Below, in pieces: positions 9,690 to 17,615 of a DNA stretch of 24,594 bases. The position numbers were made by a program, and so were the translations under genes. The stretch lies in IMG/VR virus record IMGVR_UViG_2609459839_000005; one strand, given 5' to 3'. Source of the DNA: a virus. Its lineage: Duplodnaviria > Heunggongvirae > Uroviricota > Caudoviricetes. Each line of letters begins with the position of its first letter. Positions within the stretch are counted from its first letter, which is position 1. The notes beneath the pieces are model-generated. The model saw only the letters and a program-made list of their open reading frames with translations, made no database searches and was not told where the DNA came from.

Positions 9690-9993
9690 AATTAGAGAAA
9701 TACCAGTAGTACGTGATGAATATGGCTGCTGGACGCATCCTGAATATGAAAAATTCTGTGATGGTAGAGAACTTATTTCAACGAAAGAGTTTAACGCCTG
9801 GATGGAGGAAAATAATCTTCAATACGTCCTCTGCTTCAGAGATGAAGGATGTGCTGACCTTGATGCGTGTGATGCTGATATTTCTGCATGGGAACCGGAA
9901 CGACCAGAGGGCAATGGATGGTTTATTGGTTCAATACATGACACCGAAGATGGCCCGGTTTGTGTATGGCTGAGAAATAAGGCCGAAGCATAA
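9682..9993 (+). CDS. Small strongly acidic hypothetical protein (103 aa)
   Basis: ATG overlaps the previous stop (ATGAATGA). About 24 Asp+Glu versus 9 Lys+Arg, plus scattered Cys. Confidence 0.5.
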   Translation: MNEIREIPVVRDEYGCWTHPEYEKFCDGRELISTKEFNAWMEENNLQYVLCFRDEGCADLDACDADISAWEPERPEGNGWFIGSIHDTEDGPVCVWLRNKAEA

Positions 9994-10298
9994 AGGCTAT
10001 AAACCGACTAACAACTAAATACTGAAGATTTAAATCAGAAACGATTTTTATTAAATCCTTAACCGGAGGGATTCTGCACCCTCAGAACATCAGGAGGCCG
10101 TCTGAAAGGGCGGAACAGATAATGCTTACGTTGAAACATTTTATCGACATACCAACATGGTTAGCCGTCATTGCTTTTGTTAAAATACACATCCACTTTT
10201 CTGTGCAATGTTTAACCACTGGTCATATCAAATGGCATTCATGCGAACCATGATATAGAATCATGGCTTGAGAGAGTCGATGAAAGCGCAACTATGGT

Positions 10299-10871
10299 AT
10301 GAGAGACATTGATGTAAGAAAGGCTGTGCATGCCAAGATTCTGAGAGATCATCATAAAGATCCTGACACCCTAATCATTGATGAGTTTACGATGAATCTA
10401 GGGGCTAGCAGAGCTGATATAGCAGTGATCAATGGGCTTATACATGGTTATGAGTTGAAGAGCAAGAGTGATAACTTGCTCAGATTACCAGCGCAGGTGC
10501 AACATTACTCATCAGTGATGGATAAAGTAACGTTGGTTGTCTCTGATTGCCATCTTTATGATGCTTTAAGCATAGTTCCATCATGGTGGGGGATAAAGCA
10601 AGTTACGCAAGGTGCACGGCAAGGTATCCATTTAAAAACAATTCGAACTAGCAAGTTGAATCCACAAGTGGACAAACTTTCCTTAACAATGCTTCTTTGG
10701 AAAGATGAATTGCTTTCCCTATTAAGTGATGTAGGGGAGCTACAGAATTTGAAAAATAAACCTAAACGCGTCTTATGGTCAAAACTCGCCAATAGTATGG
10801 ATGTTGGCGAGCTTCGTGAAGCTGTTCGAGTTAAACTTAAAGCCCGTAAAGAGTGGCGAGTTGCTCAATAA
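10299..10871 (+). CDS. PD-(D/E)xK-motif nuclease-like protein, 190 aa (first gene of candidate defence cassette)
   Basis: Translation has …IDEFTMNLGASRADIAVINGLIHGYELKSKSD…: Asp in a hydrophobic strand, then E-L-K about 12 residues later. AT-rich (about 35-40% GC in sampled 60-nt stretches). Weak SD, so the start is uncertain. Confidence 0.6.
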   Translation: MRDIDVRKAVHAKILRDHHKDPDTLIIDEFTMNLGASRADIAVINGLIHGYELKSKSDNLLRLPAQVQHYSSVMDKVTLVVSDCHLYDALSIVPSWWGIKQVTQGARQGIHLKTIRTSKLNPQVDKLSLTMLLWKDELLSLLSDVGELQNLKNKPKRVLWSKLANSMDVGELREAVRVKLKARKEWRVAQ

Positions 10872-11934
10872 CCTTAGTTATGTGATGGTTTTGCCCAATC
10901 CTACGCCATACCTCTGGGCTACCAAATTTATAGTTACCAGAGGGATTGGCTTTGTAGGCTTGATACTCGTTTGCATAATATTCTATGTCTCTATCTCCCG
11001 CACAGAATGTAGGCCCTGAATATTCTCGATGAGCAAGAATATCCTCACTATGTTTACCATATTGTTCATAACCAAAGCGATTAGCTACTCTTCCTCGAAA
11101 TACCCAAAAGTCATTATCTCCAGAGTATCTGACGCTGGCAGATACGCTAGGGAATCGCGTCGAAAGCCTATTAAAGTCGGGGTGCTGTACTCCATAATCA
11201 CTATAAATCACATTTCTGGCAAGTTCTTTTCTATTCATTAAACTCTGCCATAAAATCCACTCGATTCGAGGTTGAGAATATAGACCAACAGAAATATCAC
11301 TGAGATCTGTAGGAAATGAACCCCCAGAAAGAATCACTTTTCTGTATTCATTGAGGTGCGCCAGATTGTTTATCAATCCCATTGCCAAAGTATATAGTTC
11401 GCCGGAATTAAGTTTATCCTCGGTTAACTCATCTCTTAAGTCAATAATTATATCAATATTTGATAAAGGAATTCCCAGATGATTAATGTAATGCGTTATT
11501 AATTGTGGGTTAACCAGATCTAACGTGGTTAATCTCAAGCATATTTCATTCTGCATTAATTCATCAATCGCTCTTTTATAGTTAGATGGGCGAGTTGGTG
11601 AACTGACAGGAATAACTCTTATCCCCATATCTCTAACTTGATTAACCGCATTTATTATAGGGTAATGATCTTCAGGAGAAATAAAATGCTCTTCAATTAA
11701 TAATCCATCAATATAAACACCTTGCATATCTGAGCAAGATTTTGAGACTTTCTTTCCGAACTCTATAAGAGTCTCGTTATAACTCTTTAAGGCAATACCT
11801 GAATCAGGGTCAATTGGCACTGGTTCAATTTCGAGTAATGGCAAAATTTTTGATTTCTTTTCAATGGATAGCTGCGATAAAGCTGATAACTCAGAACGTT
11901 TCGCTTTCAGAATAGGAATATATGAAATTGTCAT
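10837..11934 (-). CDS. 365-aa partner protein of the cassette (possibly beta/sce7725-like family)
   Basis: Long clean AT-rich ORF (MTISYIPILKAKRSELSALSQL…) converging on the 190-aa gene, with 35 bp of 3' overlap. SD-like AAGG 7 nt ahead of the ATG. Family assignment is recollection only. Confidence 0.62.
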   Translation of the reverse strand: MTISYIPILKAKRSELSALSQLSIEKKSKILPLLEIEPVPIDPDSGIALKSYNETLIEFGKKVSKSCSDMQGVYIDGLLIEEHFISPEDHYPIINAVNQVRDMGIRVIPVSSPTRPSNYKRAIDELMQNEICLRLTTLDLVNPQLITHYINHLGIPLSNIDIIIDLRDELTEDKLNSGELYTLAMGLINNLAHLNEYRKVILSGGSFPTDLSDISVGLYSQPRIEWILWQSLMNRKELARNVIYSDYGVQHPDFNRLSTRFPSVSASVRYSGDNDFWVFRGRVANRFGYEQYGKHSEDILAHREYSGPTFCAGDRDIEYYANEYQAYKANPSGNYKFGSPEVWRRIGQNHHITKVIEQLATLYGL

Positions 11935-12286
11935 GTTAATACCTTATACAGAATCAATTAACAATTAATGGTTCTTCGGACATTGAAATTTATATCGCAA
12001 AAATTGGCAAACTCTCCTCGACTACTCACTTGTGGGTATCCTGGCGTAAAAGGAATGACTTGGCAATACCCGGTGTGATCATAAGTCATTGAAAATGATC
12101 ATTTTTATCAGTCTTTCTTCCATGATGAATGCTAATGCCATTTGATTTGTTGAGGTGAAAACTGTTAAAAATCAAAACGATGTAATTGAAATGAACGTTC
12201 GGTAGCATTCACGCTTTAAATGTTTCTTTTGTGCTGATTGGATGAATTTTGGTCACTTATGATGAGAGATGTTGCAGGAAAAGAAG

Positions 12287-12315
12287 TTGGCATTGATCTA
12301 TTGGATAGTTAGAAT
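12287..12315 (+). promoter_or_regulatory. Sigma70-type promoter candidate for the hok-family mRNA
   Basis: TTGGCA (12287-12292), 17-bp spacer, TAGAAT (12310-12315). Predicted transcript of about 415 nt to the terminator at about 12737, typical of hok mRNAs. Confidence 0.4.
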
Positions 12316-12490
12316 TGCTGCGGGTGCTTGAGGCTATCTGCCTCAGGCATGAACACCAAAAGGCAGATAGAGAAAAGCCCCAGTTAACATTACGCGTCCT
12401 GCAAGACGTTTAACATTAATCTGAGGCCATATCTATGCGACACATAGAGATTAGCCTCTTACGGACCGAAAGGTCAAGGAGAAGCAGGCT

Positions 12491-12646
12491 ATGAAGCAGC
12501 AAAAGGCGATGCTAATCGCCCTGATCGTCATCTGTTTAACCGTCATAGTGACGGCACTGGTAACGAGGAAAGACCTCTGCGAGGTACGAATCCGAACCGG
12601 CCAGACGGAGGTCGCTGTCTTCACAGCTTACGAACCTGAGGAGTAA
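12491..12646 (+). CDS. Hok/Gef-family type I toxin (51 aa, single TM segment)
   Basis: Not in the ORF track (below 60 aa). Hand translation: MKQQKAMLIALIVICLTVIVTALVTRKDLCEVRIRTGQTEVAVFTAYEPEE, with the Hok/Gef signature LVTRKDLCEV…RTGQ…EVAVF…AYE. AAGGAG lies 8-13 nt upstream. Confidence 0.82.
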   Translation: MKQQKAMLIALIVICLTVIVTALVTRKDLCEVRIRTGQTEVAVFTAYEPEE

Positions 12647-12713
12647 GAGACCAGGCGAGGGAGAAATCCCTCGCCACCTCTCATGTGTCAGGCATCCTCA
12701 ACGCACCCGCACT

Positions 12714-12737
12714 AAACCCGCTTCGGCGGGTTTTTTG
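12714..12737 (+). terminator. Rho-independent terminator of the hok-family transcript
   Basis: AAACCCGC-ttcg-GCGGGTTTTTT: GC-rich stem, tetraloop and T-run, about 70 nt past the hok stop. Confidence 0.65.
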
Positions 12738-12921
12738 TTGCGTGCTGAATGCGCAGGGTGAAAAATAACCATATATTTGATTATATACACAACAAAAAAT
12801 AAAAGTCATTGTACCTGCACATTAAATAATCAAATATACAGCGTGAAATAAATGTTTTTCAGATTAATATTTTTGTCTCTATGTGGATATAACCGTTTGT
12901 ACTTATAAACTCGGAGGCATC

Positions 12922-13134
12922 GTGGAAAAAATAAAGAAACTATTTAGTTGCAAATACGCAGTCATACGTCGTGATGACCTGTCAGTTATAGTCGAAATGG
13001 ATTACTTCCCTGACCCCCCAAAATCAATGATGTATCGTAATGGTCGAAAGGCAATTTTTTTACCGATGAGGGTAAGTGACATTATGGGAAATGATAAACT
13101 GCTGGATGAATTGCGAGTCAGAGCATCCTGTTAG
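12922..13134 (+). CDS. Hypothetical protein (about 70 aa)
   Basis: Track ORF 12883..13134. GTG at 12922 follows GGAGG (short spacer); the ATG at 12883 has no SD. No motif recognised. Confidence 0.3.
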   Translation: MEKIKKLFSCKYAVIRRDDLSVIVEMDYFPDPPKSMMYRNGRKAIFLPMRVSDIMGNDKLLDELRVRASC

Positions 13135-13205
13135 TATTGGCATTAATTCTGGTATACTACATAACGGGCTGAACACCCATTCTACTGCGCCAGCGGAGAA
13201 CTACG

Positions 13206-13805
13206 ATGGCGCATATACAACTGGTCAAACAAACCTCTTCCGGATTACTTCTCCCGGCGACGCCGGAGAGTTGCGATTTTTTGCATCAAATCAAAATAGG
13301 TGAGTGGATACACGCAGACTTTAAGCGTGTGCGTAACTACGCATTCCACAAGCGTTTTTTCAAACTCCTGCAACTGGGATTCGATTACTGGACTCCGGTC
13401 GGTGGGGCGATCACGCCTCGCGAACGAAAACTGGTATCAGGCTTCGTTGATTACCTGTGCGAATCAGTAGGTCGGGAACACACTCCAGCCCTGAGTGATG
13501 CCGCAGAGCAATACCTTAATACAGTTGCGACATGCAGAACCCGGGATACGGCATTGCTAAAGTCGTTTGACGCTTTCCGCGAGTGGGTAACCATTCAGGC
13601 CGGATTTTACACCGAGCATATTTATCCTGATGGTAGTCGTGGGCGCAGGGCAAAATCTATCGCATTTGCGAACATGGACGAAACCGAGTTTCAGCAGGTT
13701 TATAAATCTGTACTGAATGTGCTGTGGAACTGGATCCTGTTCCGTAAATTTTCCTCTCCGGAGGAAGTCGAAAATGTGGCCGCGCAGTTACTGGAGTTTG
13801 CGTAA
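13206..13805 (+). CDS. Nin-region phage protein, 199 aa (possibly DUF1367/YbcN-like)
   Basis: ATG preceded by GGAGA. First gene of a tightly packed plus-strand block that ends in a Q-like gene. Confidence 0.5.
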   Translation: MAHIQLVKQTSSGLLLPATPESCDFLHQIKIGEWIHADFKRVRNYAFHKRFFKLLQLGFDYWTPVGGAITPRERKLVSGFVDYLCESVGREHTPALSDAAEQYLNTVATCRTRDTALLKSFDAFREWVTIQAGFYTEHIYPDGSRGRRAKSIAFANMDETEFQQVYKSVLNVLWNWILFRKFSSPEEVENVAAQLLEFA

Positions 13806-14095
13806 TGGTGGATTTACGTAAAGCGGCGCGGGGGCAGATGTGCACCGTCAGAATTCCTGGCTACTGCAATCACAATCCCGAAACTTCTGTGCTGGCGCAT
13901 TACAGGCTGGCGGGGACGTGCGGAACAGCGATAAAGCCACACGATATGCAGGCAGCGATTGCCTGTAGCTCGTGCCACGATTTAATCGACGGGCGGGTAA
14001 AAACCAGCGATTACACCAAAGAAGAATTACGCCTGATGCATGCAGAAGGTGTTTTTCGCACACAAGAAATCTGGAGAAAGGAGGGATATTTATGA
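13805..14095 (+). CDS. YbcO-like small Cys/His-rich protein (DUF1364-type putative nuclease), 96 aa
   Basis: MVDLRKAARGQMCTVRIPGYCNHNPETSVLAHYRL…IACSSCHDLIDGR, with conserved Cys/His spacing as recalled for DLP12 YbcO. Start overlaps the previous stop. Confidence 0.55.
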   Translation: MVDLRKAARGQMCTVRIPGYCNHNPETSVLAHYRLAGTCGTAIKPHDMQAAIACSSCHDLIDGRVKTSDYTKEELRLMHAEGVFRTQEIWRKEGYL

Positions 14096-14634
14096 TTTAC
14101 CCAACGAATACAGGAAAAAGCGGAGAACACCTTCGTCTCACCACGCTGGAAAGTGTCTGGATTCAGGGAAAACTGCGCATGTGGGGGCGCTGGTCGTATA
14201 TTGGCGGCGGTAAGACGGGGAATATGTTCAACCAGTTGTTGGCCTCTAAAAAGCTGACAAAAACGGCAATTAACGAGGCGCTCCGGAGGATGAAAAAAGC
14301 AGGTCTGAACAAGTCTGAACTTGAGGCTTTTTTGCGGGATATGATTAACGGTAAGCAAAAGAGCTGGCTGGCGCATTGTACTGATGCAGAGGCGTTATGT
14401 ATTGATCGGGTGATTAGTGAAGTGCTGGCAGAACACCCAGGATTGATTTTTATCCTCCGGCAACGATATGAAGGAAGGGGGATGACTAAGCGAAAAATGG
14501 CTGAATTGCTAAATGATGCACACCCTGAGTGGTGTTTTAGCACATGCGAAAAGCGAATTGCTAATTGGTTGGCTGTTGCTGAGTATGCGCTGTACGTTCC
14601 CATGCGAGAATCATTCGCTCAAAAAATAGCTTGA
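14092..14634 (+). CDS. Putative late-gene antiterminator (Q-like), 180 aa
   Basis: ATG at 14092 overlaps the upstream stop (ATGA) and follows AGGAGG. Last gene before a non-coding stretch with a hairpin plus T-run, tRNAs and lysis genes. Assignment is by position; no motif confirmed. Confidence 0.45.
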   Translation: MIYPTNTGKSGEHLRLTTLESVWIQGKLRMWGRWSYIGGGKTGNMFNQLLASKKLTKTAINEALRRMKKAGLNKSELEAFLRDMINGKQKSWLAHCTDAEALCIDRVISEVLAEHPGLIFILRQRYEGRGMTKRKMAELLNDAHPEWCFSTCEKRIANWLAVAEYALYVPMRESFAQKIA

Positions 14635-14990
14635 TTTTTTACGCATAAACTGCTTCAATTCCGGTATGCTTCGCAAAGCTGTATCGCGAGGCGAATAGCA
14701 GTTTTGAACATCTAAAGACCCCGTTTAATGCGGGTTTTTTTATGCCCAAAAACGAAGTAGTGCGTTAAAATGTGATGGTCGGGAGTATACAGACTTTTAT
14801 ATAGCACTGCGTAAAAATCAATTTATCCGGGGTAAATGTCAATTTGCTTATTAAAAAAAACAAAAAGATAAATTTATAGCAATTGTGTTTCTTTGGGTTG
14901 AAAGTTTTAATGTCGTCAGTATTATCTGAAGCGGTTCTGAGGAGGGGGTTTCCATTGCTCGGCCACGATACTTCCGAGGAACCAATTAAC

Positions 14991-15066
<76 letters not shown>

Positions 15067-15069
15067 TAT

Positions 15070-15144
<75 letters not shown>

Positions 15145-15190
15145 GCAGAGGACGATGCTAGGCTGTTTCAGGCACTGACACATTATATGT

Positions 15191-15469
15191 GTGGGATGTT
15201 TTACCCTAACTCCTTACCACATCCTGTTCTGTAATGAATATTATTTATTACGGTACCAGTGTTGTTTTTTTACAATAGTGGAATGGTGCATTACTGGTGG
15301 AGATTTGTATTTCCTGGCAGGGCTGGTAATGTATCATTCCGGTGTTGTAAATAACACCCCAGAGACGTTCCTCAGTGCGAGGGTGGTTGAAAGAGTCGGT
15401 TTTGCGGGAAACCACAGCATCCATGCAGGACTGGATGTTTCGGGAGGCACCCGACGTCTCTGGTCATAA
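15191..15469 (+). CDS. Hypothetical ORF (92 aa), doubtful
   Basis: Track ORF only; no SD and odd composition. Sits where cargo genes lie in some lambdoid phages, but shows no similarity to Stx A subunits as I recall them. Confidence 0.2.
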   Translation: MGCFTLTPYHILFCNEYYLLRYQCCFFTIVEWCITGGDLYFLAGLVMYHSGVVNNTPETFLSARVVERVGFAGNHSIHAGLDVSGGTRRLWS

Positions 15470-15508
15470 TAAAATCATAGTGTTCTCTTCATGCCATTTT
15501 ATGCCATA

Positions 15509-15534
15509 GACCGCCACGCCAGGCGGTTTTTTTT
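15509..15534 (+). terminator. Rho-independent terminator
   Basis: CCGCC-acgcca-GGCGG followed by a T8 run. Confidence 0.55.
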
Positions 15535-15716
15535 ATTCAGAATTCAGTATTTATGCGGCTCGCTACGGCGGGCCTTTTTCATATCCGCGCCACGCCCGGC
15601 GCATATCAAAAACCACAGAGCCTTTCAGGGGTGAGCTTACGGGATGGTCAGTGTGACTTTCTCTGTGGGCTGGTCACCCCCGGGCGCAGGCCCACCCACT
15701 AAGAGGAAACGTCACT

Positions 15717-16143
15717 ATGTTTGGTATTTTCAAAAAGAAAACCCGCAAGGCCATTACTGAAGTGAAGAAAATGGAGAACCGCGACGCGGTGGAGGCGACC
15801 GTCTGGGGTGCATATTCCATTGCATACGCTGACGGCACCTGTGACGCGAAAGAAATCGCGGTACTGGAAAAAAACCATTGCAGCACTTCCTGTCTTTGCG
15901 CCGTTCTCCGGTGAGATTGCACAAATGAGTGCAAATATCCGCGCCCGTTATGAAGCGTCGCCGCGTTCTGCCAATGCCGAAGCTCTTCGTCAGCTGGCTG
16001 ATGTTGCCGGTACTGATGATGCAGTTAATGTGCTGTGCCTGTGTCTGGATATCGCTGACCAGGACGGTATCGGTCAGGAAGAAGAAGCGCAACTGAAGAA
16101 AATTGCGCAGGCGCTGCAGTTGCCGCTGGAGCAGTACCTGTGA
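15717..16143 (+). pseudogene. TerB-like protein gene interrupted by a +1 frameshift in an A7 tract
   Basis: Track ORFs 15717..15914 and 15808..16143 join into one TerB-like protein (…AYADGTCDAKEIAVLEK|TIAALPVF…DDAVNVLCLCLDIADQDGIGQEEEAQLKKIAQALQLP) if the A-run at 15868-15874 were 6 or 9 nt. GAGG upstream of the ATG. Confidence 0.5.
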
Positions 16144-16292
16144 AAAGTGCGCGCCTTGTGCTGGCTGTCATCCTGTTGTTTCTGGTAGTGGTGGTTGATT
16201 TCACCGGACGACTGATGTCGGTGCTGGCAGATGGTGTGCTGGTGGCGATGGCGCTGGTCGTGCTCCGGCCTTTACTGCGTAAATCTGAATAA
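16140..16292 (+). CDS. Small hydrophobic membrane peptide (about 50 aa), GTG start
   Basis: Hand translation VKSARLVLAVILLFLVVVVDFTGRLMSVLADGVLVAMALVVLRPLLRKSE. GTG overlaps the TerB-like stop (GTGA). No SD, so speculative. Confidence 0.3.
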   Translation: MKSARLVLAVILLFLVVVVDFTGRLMSVLADGVLVAMALVVLRPLLRKSE

Positions 16293-16302
16293 CATCACAC
16301 AA

Positions 16303-16340
16303 AAGGCATCTGCGGATGCCTTTGACGGGGTGTTTTTTAC
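16303..16340 (+). terminator. Hairpin plus T-run (terminator-like)
   Basis: GGCATC-tgcg-GATGCC followed by TTTgacggggtgTTTTTT. The interrupted T-run makes this weak. Confidence 0.3.
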
Positions 16341-16378
16341 GGGTCGCTGGTGGCCCTTTTTTATTTTCAGGAGGAAGT

Positions 16379-16771
16379 ATGTCTGAACCCTTATCCGGTT
16401 CCGGCACGGCTGCGGCGCTGGGTGGCGCGACGGTATTCGGGCTGTTTACCGGGATGGATTTCGGGATTGTGTTTGGCGCGTTCGCCGGGGCGTTATTTGT
16501 GGCAACGATGCCGCAGTCACTTTCAGTCTGGCGCGTGGTGGCACATTTTCTGGTGTCGTTTATTGTCGGCGTGCTGGGAGCGCGTGTGCTGTCAGCCTGG
16601 ATTGCATCAAAAACAGGGTATGACGGTACATCAGCAGATGCGCTTTGCGCGGTGCTGGTCTCGGTTGTGTCGGTGAAGATTCTCTCGTTCATCCACCAGC
16701 AGGATATTGCATCGCTGGTGTCCGGTGTGTTCTCCCGCCTGCGGGGTGGAGGAGGCGGCAATGTTAAGTAA
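16379..16771 (+). CDS. Holin-like membrane protein (about 130 aa, Gly/Ala-rich TM segments)
   Basis: ATG at 16379 after AGGAGG. Three predicted hydrophobic segments, directly upstream of a second membrane protein and the endolysin remnant. Confidence 0.5.
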   Translation: MSEPLSGSGTAAALGGATVFGLFTGMDFGIVFGAFAGALFVATMPQSLSVWRVVAHFLVSFIVGVLGARVLSAWIASKTGYDGTSADALCAVLVSVVSVKILSFIHQQDIASLVSGVFSRLRGGGGGNVK

Positions 16772-17036
16772 CCTTCCCGGATTGCTGAATGTGGTGTTAT
16801 GCACAGTTATCGTGCTGACGCTCTTTTTTTATCGTCGCCGTGATTCCAGACATAAACCGCTGGTGTCATGGCTGGCCTGGCTGCTGATGCTGCTGTATGC
16901 CTTTGCGCCCCTCAGTTATCTGTGTGGTCGCCCGTTAGCAACGGGCTGGCTGGAAGTGTTTTTTAACCTGCTGTTCTGCGTGCTGGTGATACGCGCACGC
17001 GGGAACGTCACAAAAATCTTTCCATTGTTGAGGTGA
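16761..17036 (+). CDS. Second small membrane protein of the lysis cassette (holin/antiholin-like, 91 aa)
   Basis: ATG at 16761 after GGAGG, overlapping the previous gene. Two or three TM segments and a basic stretch (YRRRDSRHK). Confidence 0.45.
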   Translation: MLSNLPGLLNVVLCTVIVLTLFFYRRRDSRHKPLVSWLAWLLMLLYAFAPLSYLCGRPLATGWLEVFFNLLFCVLVIRARGNVTKIFPLLR

Positions 17037-17038
17037 AT

Positions 17039-17254
17039 ATGTCGGGTAAATTCAGATTTAGTCGTCGCAGCGAAAAGAATCTGGAGGGCGTTAAACCACA
17101 GCTGGTTGCTGTCGTTCGCCGTGCGCTGGAGCTGACGGAGGTTGATTTCGGTATTACGGAAGGGCTGCGCACGAAAGAACGCCAGAAACAGCTGGTCGCG
17201 GAAGGGAAAAGCCAGACCATGAACAGCCGCCAGCTTTATAGCGTGGATAGATAA
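17039..17254 (+). pseudogene. Truncated endolysin (T5-type L-alanyl-D-glutamate peptidase, M15 family), N-terminal about 70 aa only
   Basis: MSGKFRFSRRSEKNLEGVKPQLVAVVRRALELTEVDFGITEGLRTKERQ… matches my recollection of the T5 Lys N-terminus. ORF stops at …TMNSRQLYSVDR, where the catalytic SxHxxGxAxD motif should be (His replaced by Gln). Confidence 0.6.
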
Positions 17255-17615
17255 CAATGCCGAGTCTTGAGGAATTATTCCTGCGCAGCAGTGCATCGTG
17301 CAGCAGATTTACCCGGACTACTATGTGAACATGGTTCAGCAACAGTTTGCCGGCTATTTTGCATCATTGGCAATTTCAAAGGTAGATGGAGCAGATAACC
17401 CCACCTATAACATCGATGTTGTGTTTTTTAATGGGACCAGTTACCGGACGCAGGTGCCGGTATGAATCACAGTTTTATGATAAAACTTTTACCTTGGTTT
17501 GGAGTGCTGTAGAGAGATATTTTAGGGGAGGCGAGTAATTTTCTAAGCTGGAGCATATTGACATATATTATTTCGGATTTGCAAAATACAGATTGTAACC
17601 ATGGAGGAGACAAGC

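Noticed and set aside
12435-12490. Intact mok reading frame upstream of hok
   Set aside because: The in-frame upstream extension is closed by TAG at 12452-12454, and the ATG at 12435 is out of frame and ends after about 20 codons. mok appears truncated or absent rather than annotatable.
14011-14603. Minus-strand ORFs (121 and 146 aa) within the Q-like gene
   Set aside because: They are antisense to a gene with good translational coupling and lack start signals.
15191-15469. Possible toxin cargo (Shiga-toxin-like position after the tRNAs)
   Set aside because: The translation shows no resemblance to Stx A or B subunits as I recall them. It is kept only as a low-confidence hypothetical ORF.
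16201-16761. 186-aa minus-strand ORF (Pro/Ala/Thr-rich)
   Set aside because: It is antisense to the small membrane peptide and holin-like genes. The composition reflects the reverse complement of Gly/Ala-rich TM-coding sequence.
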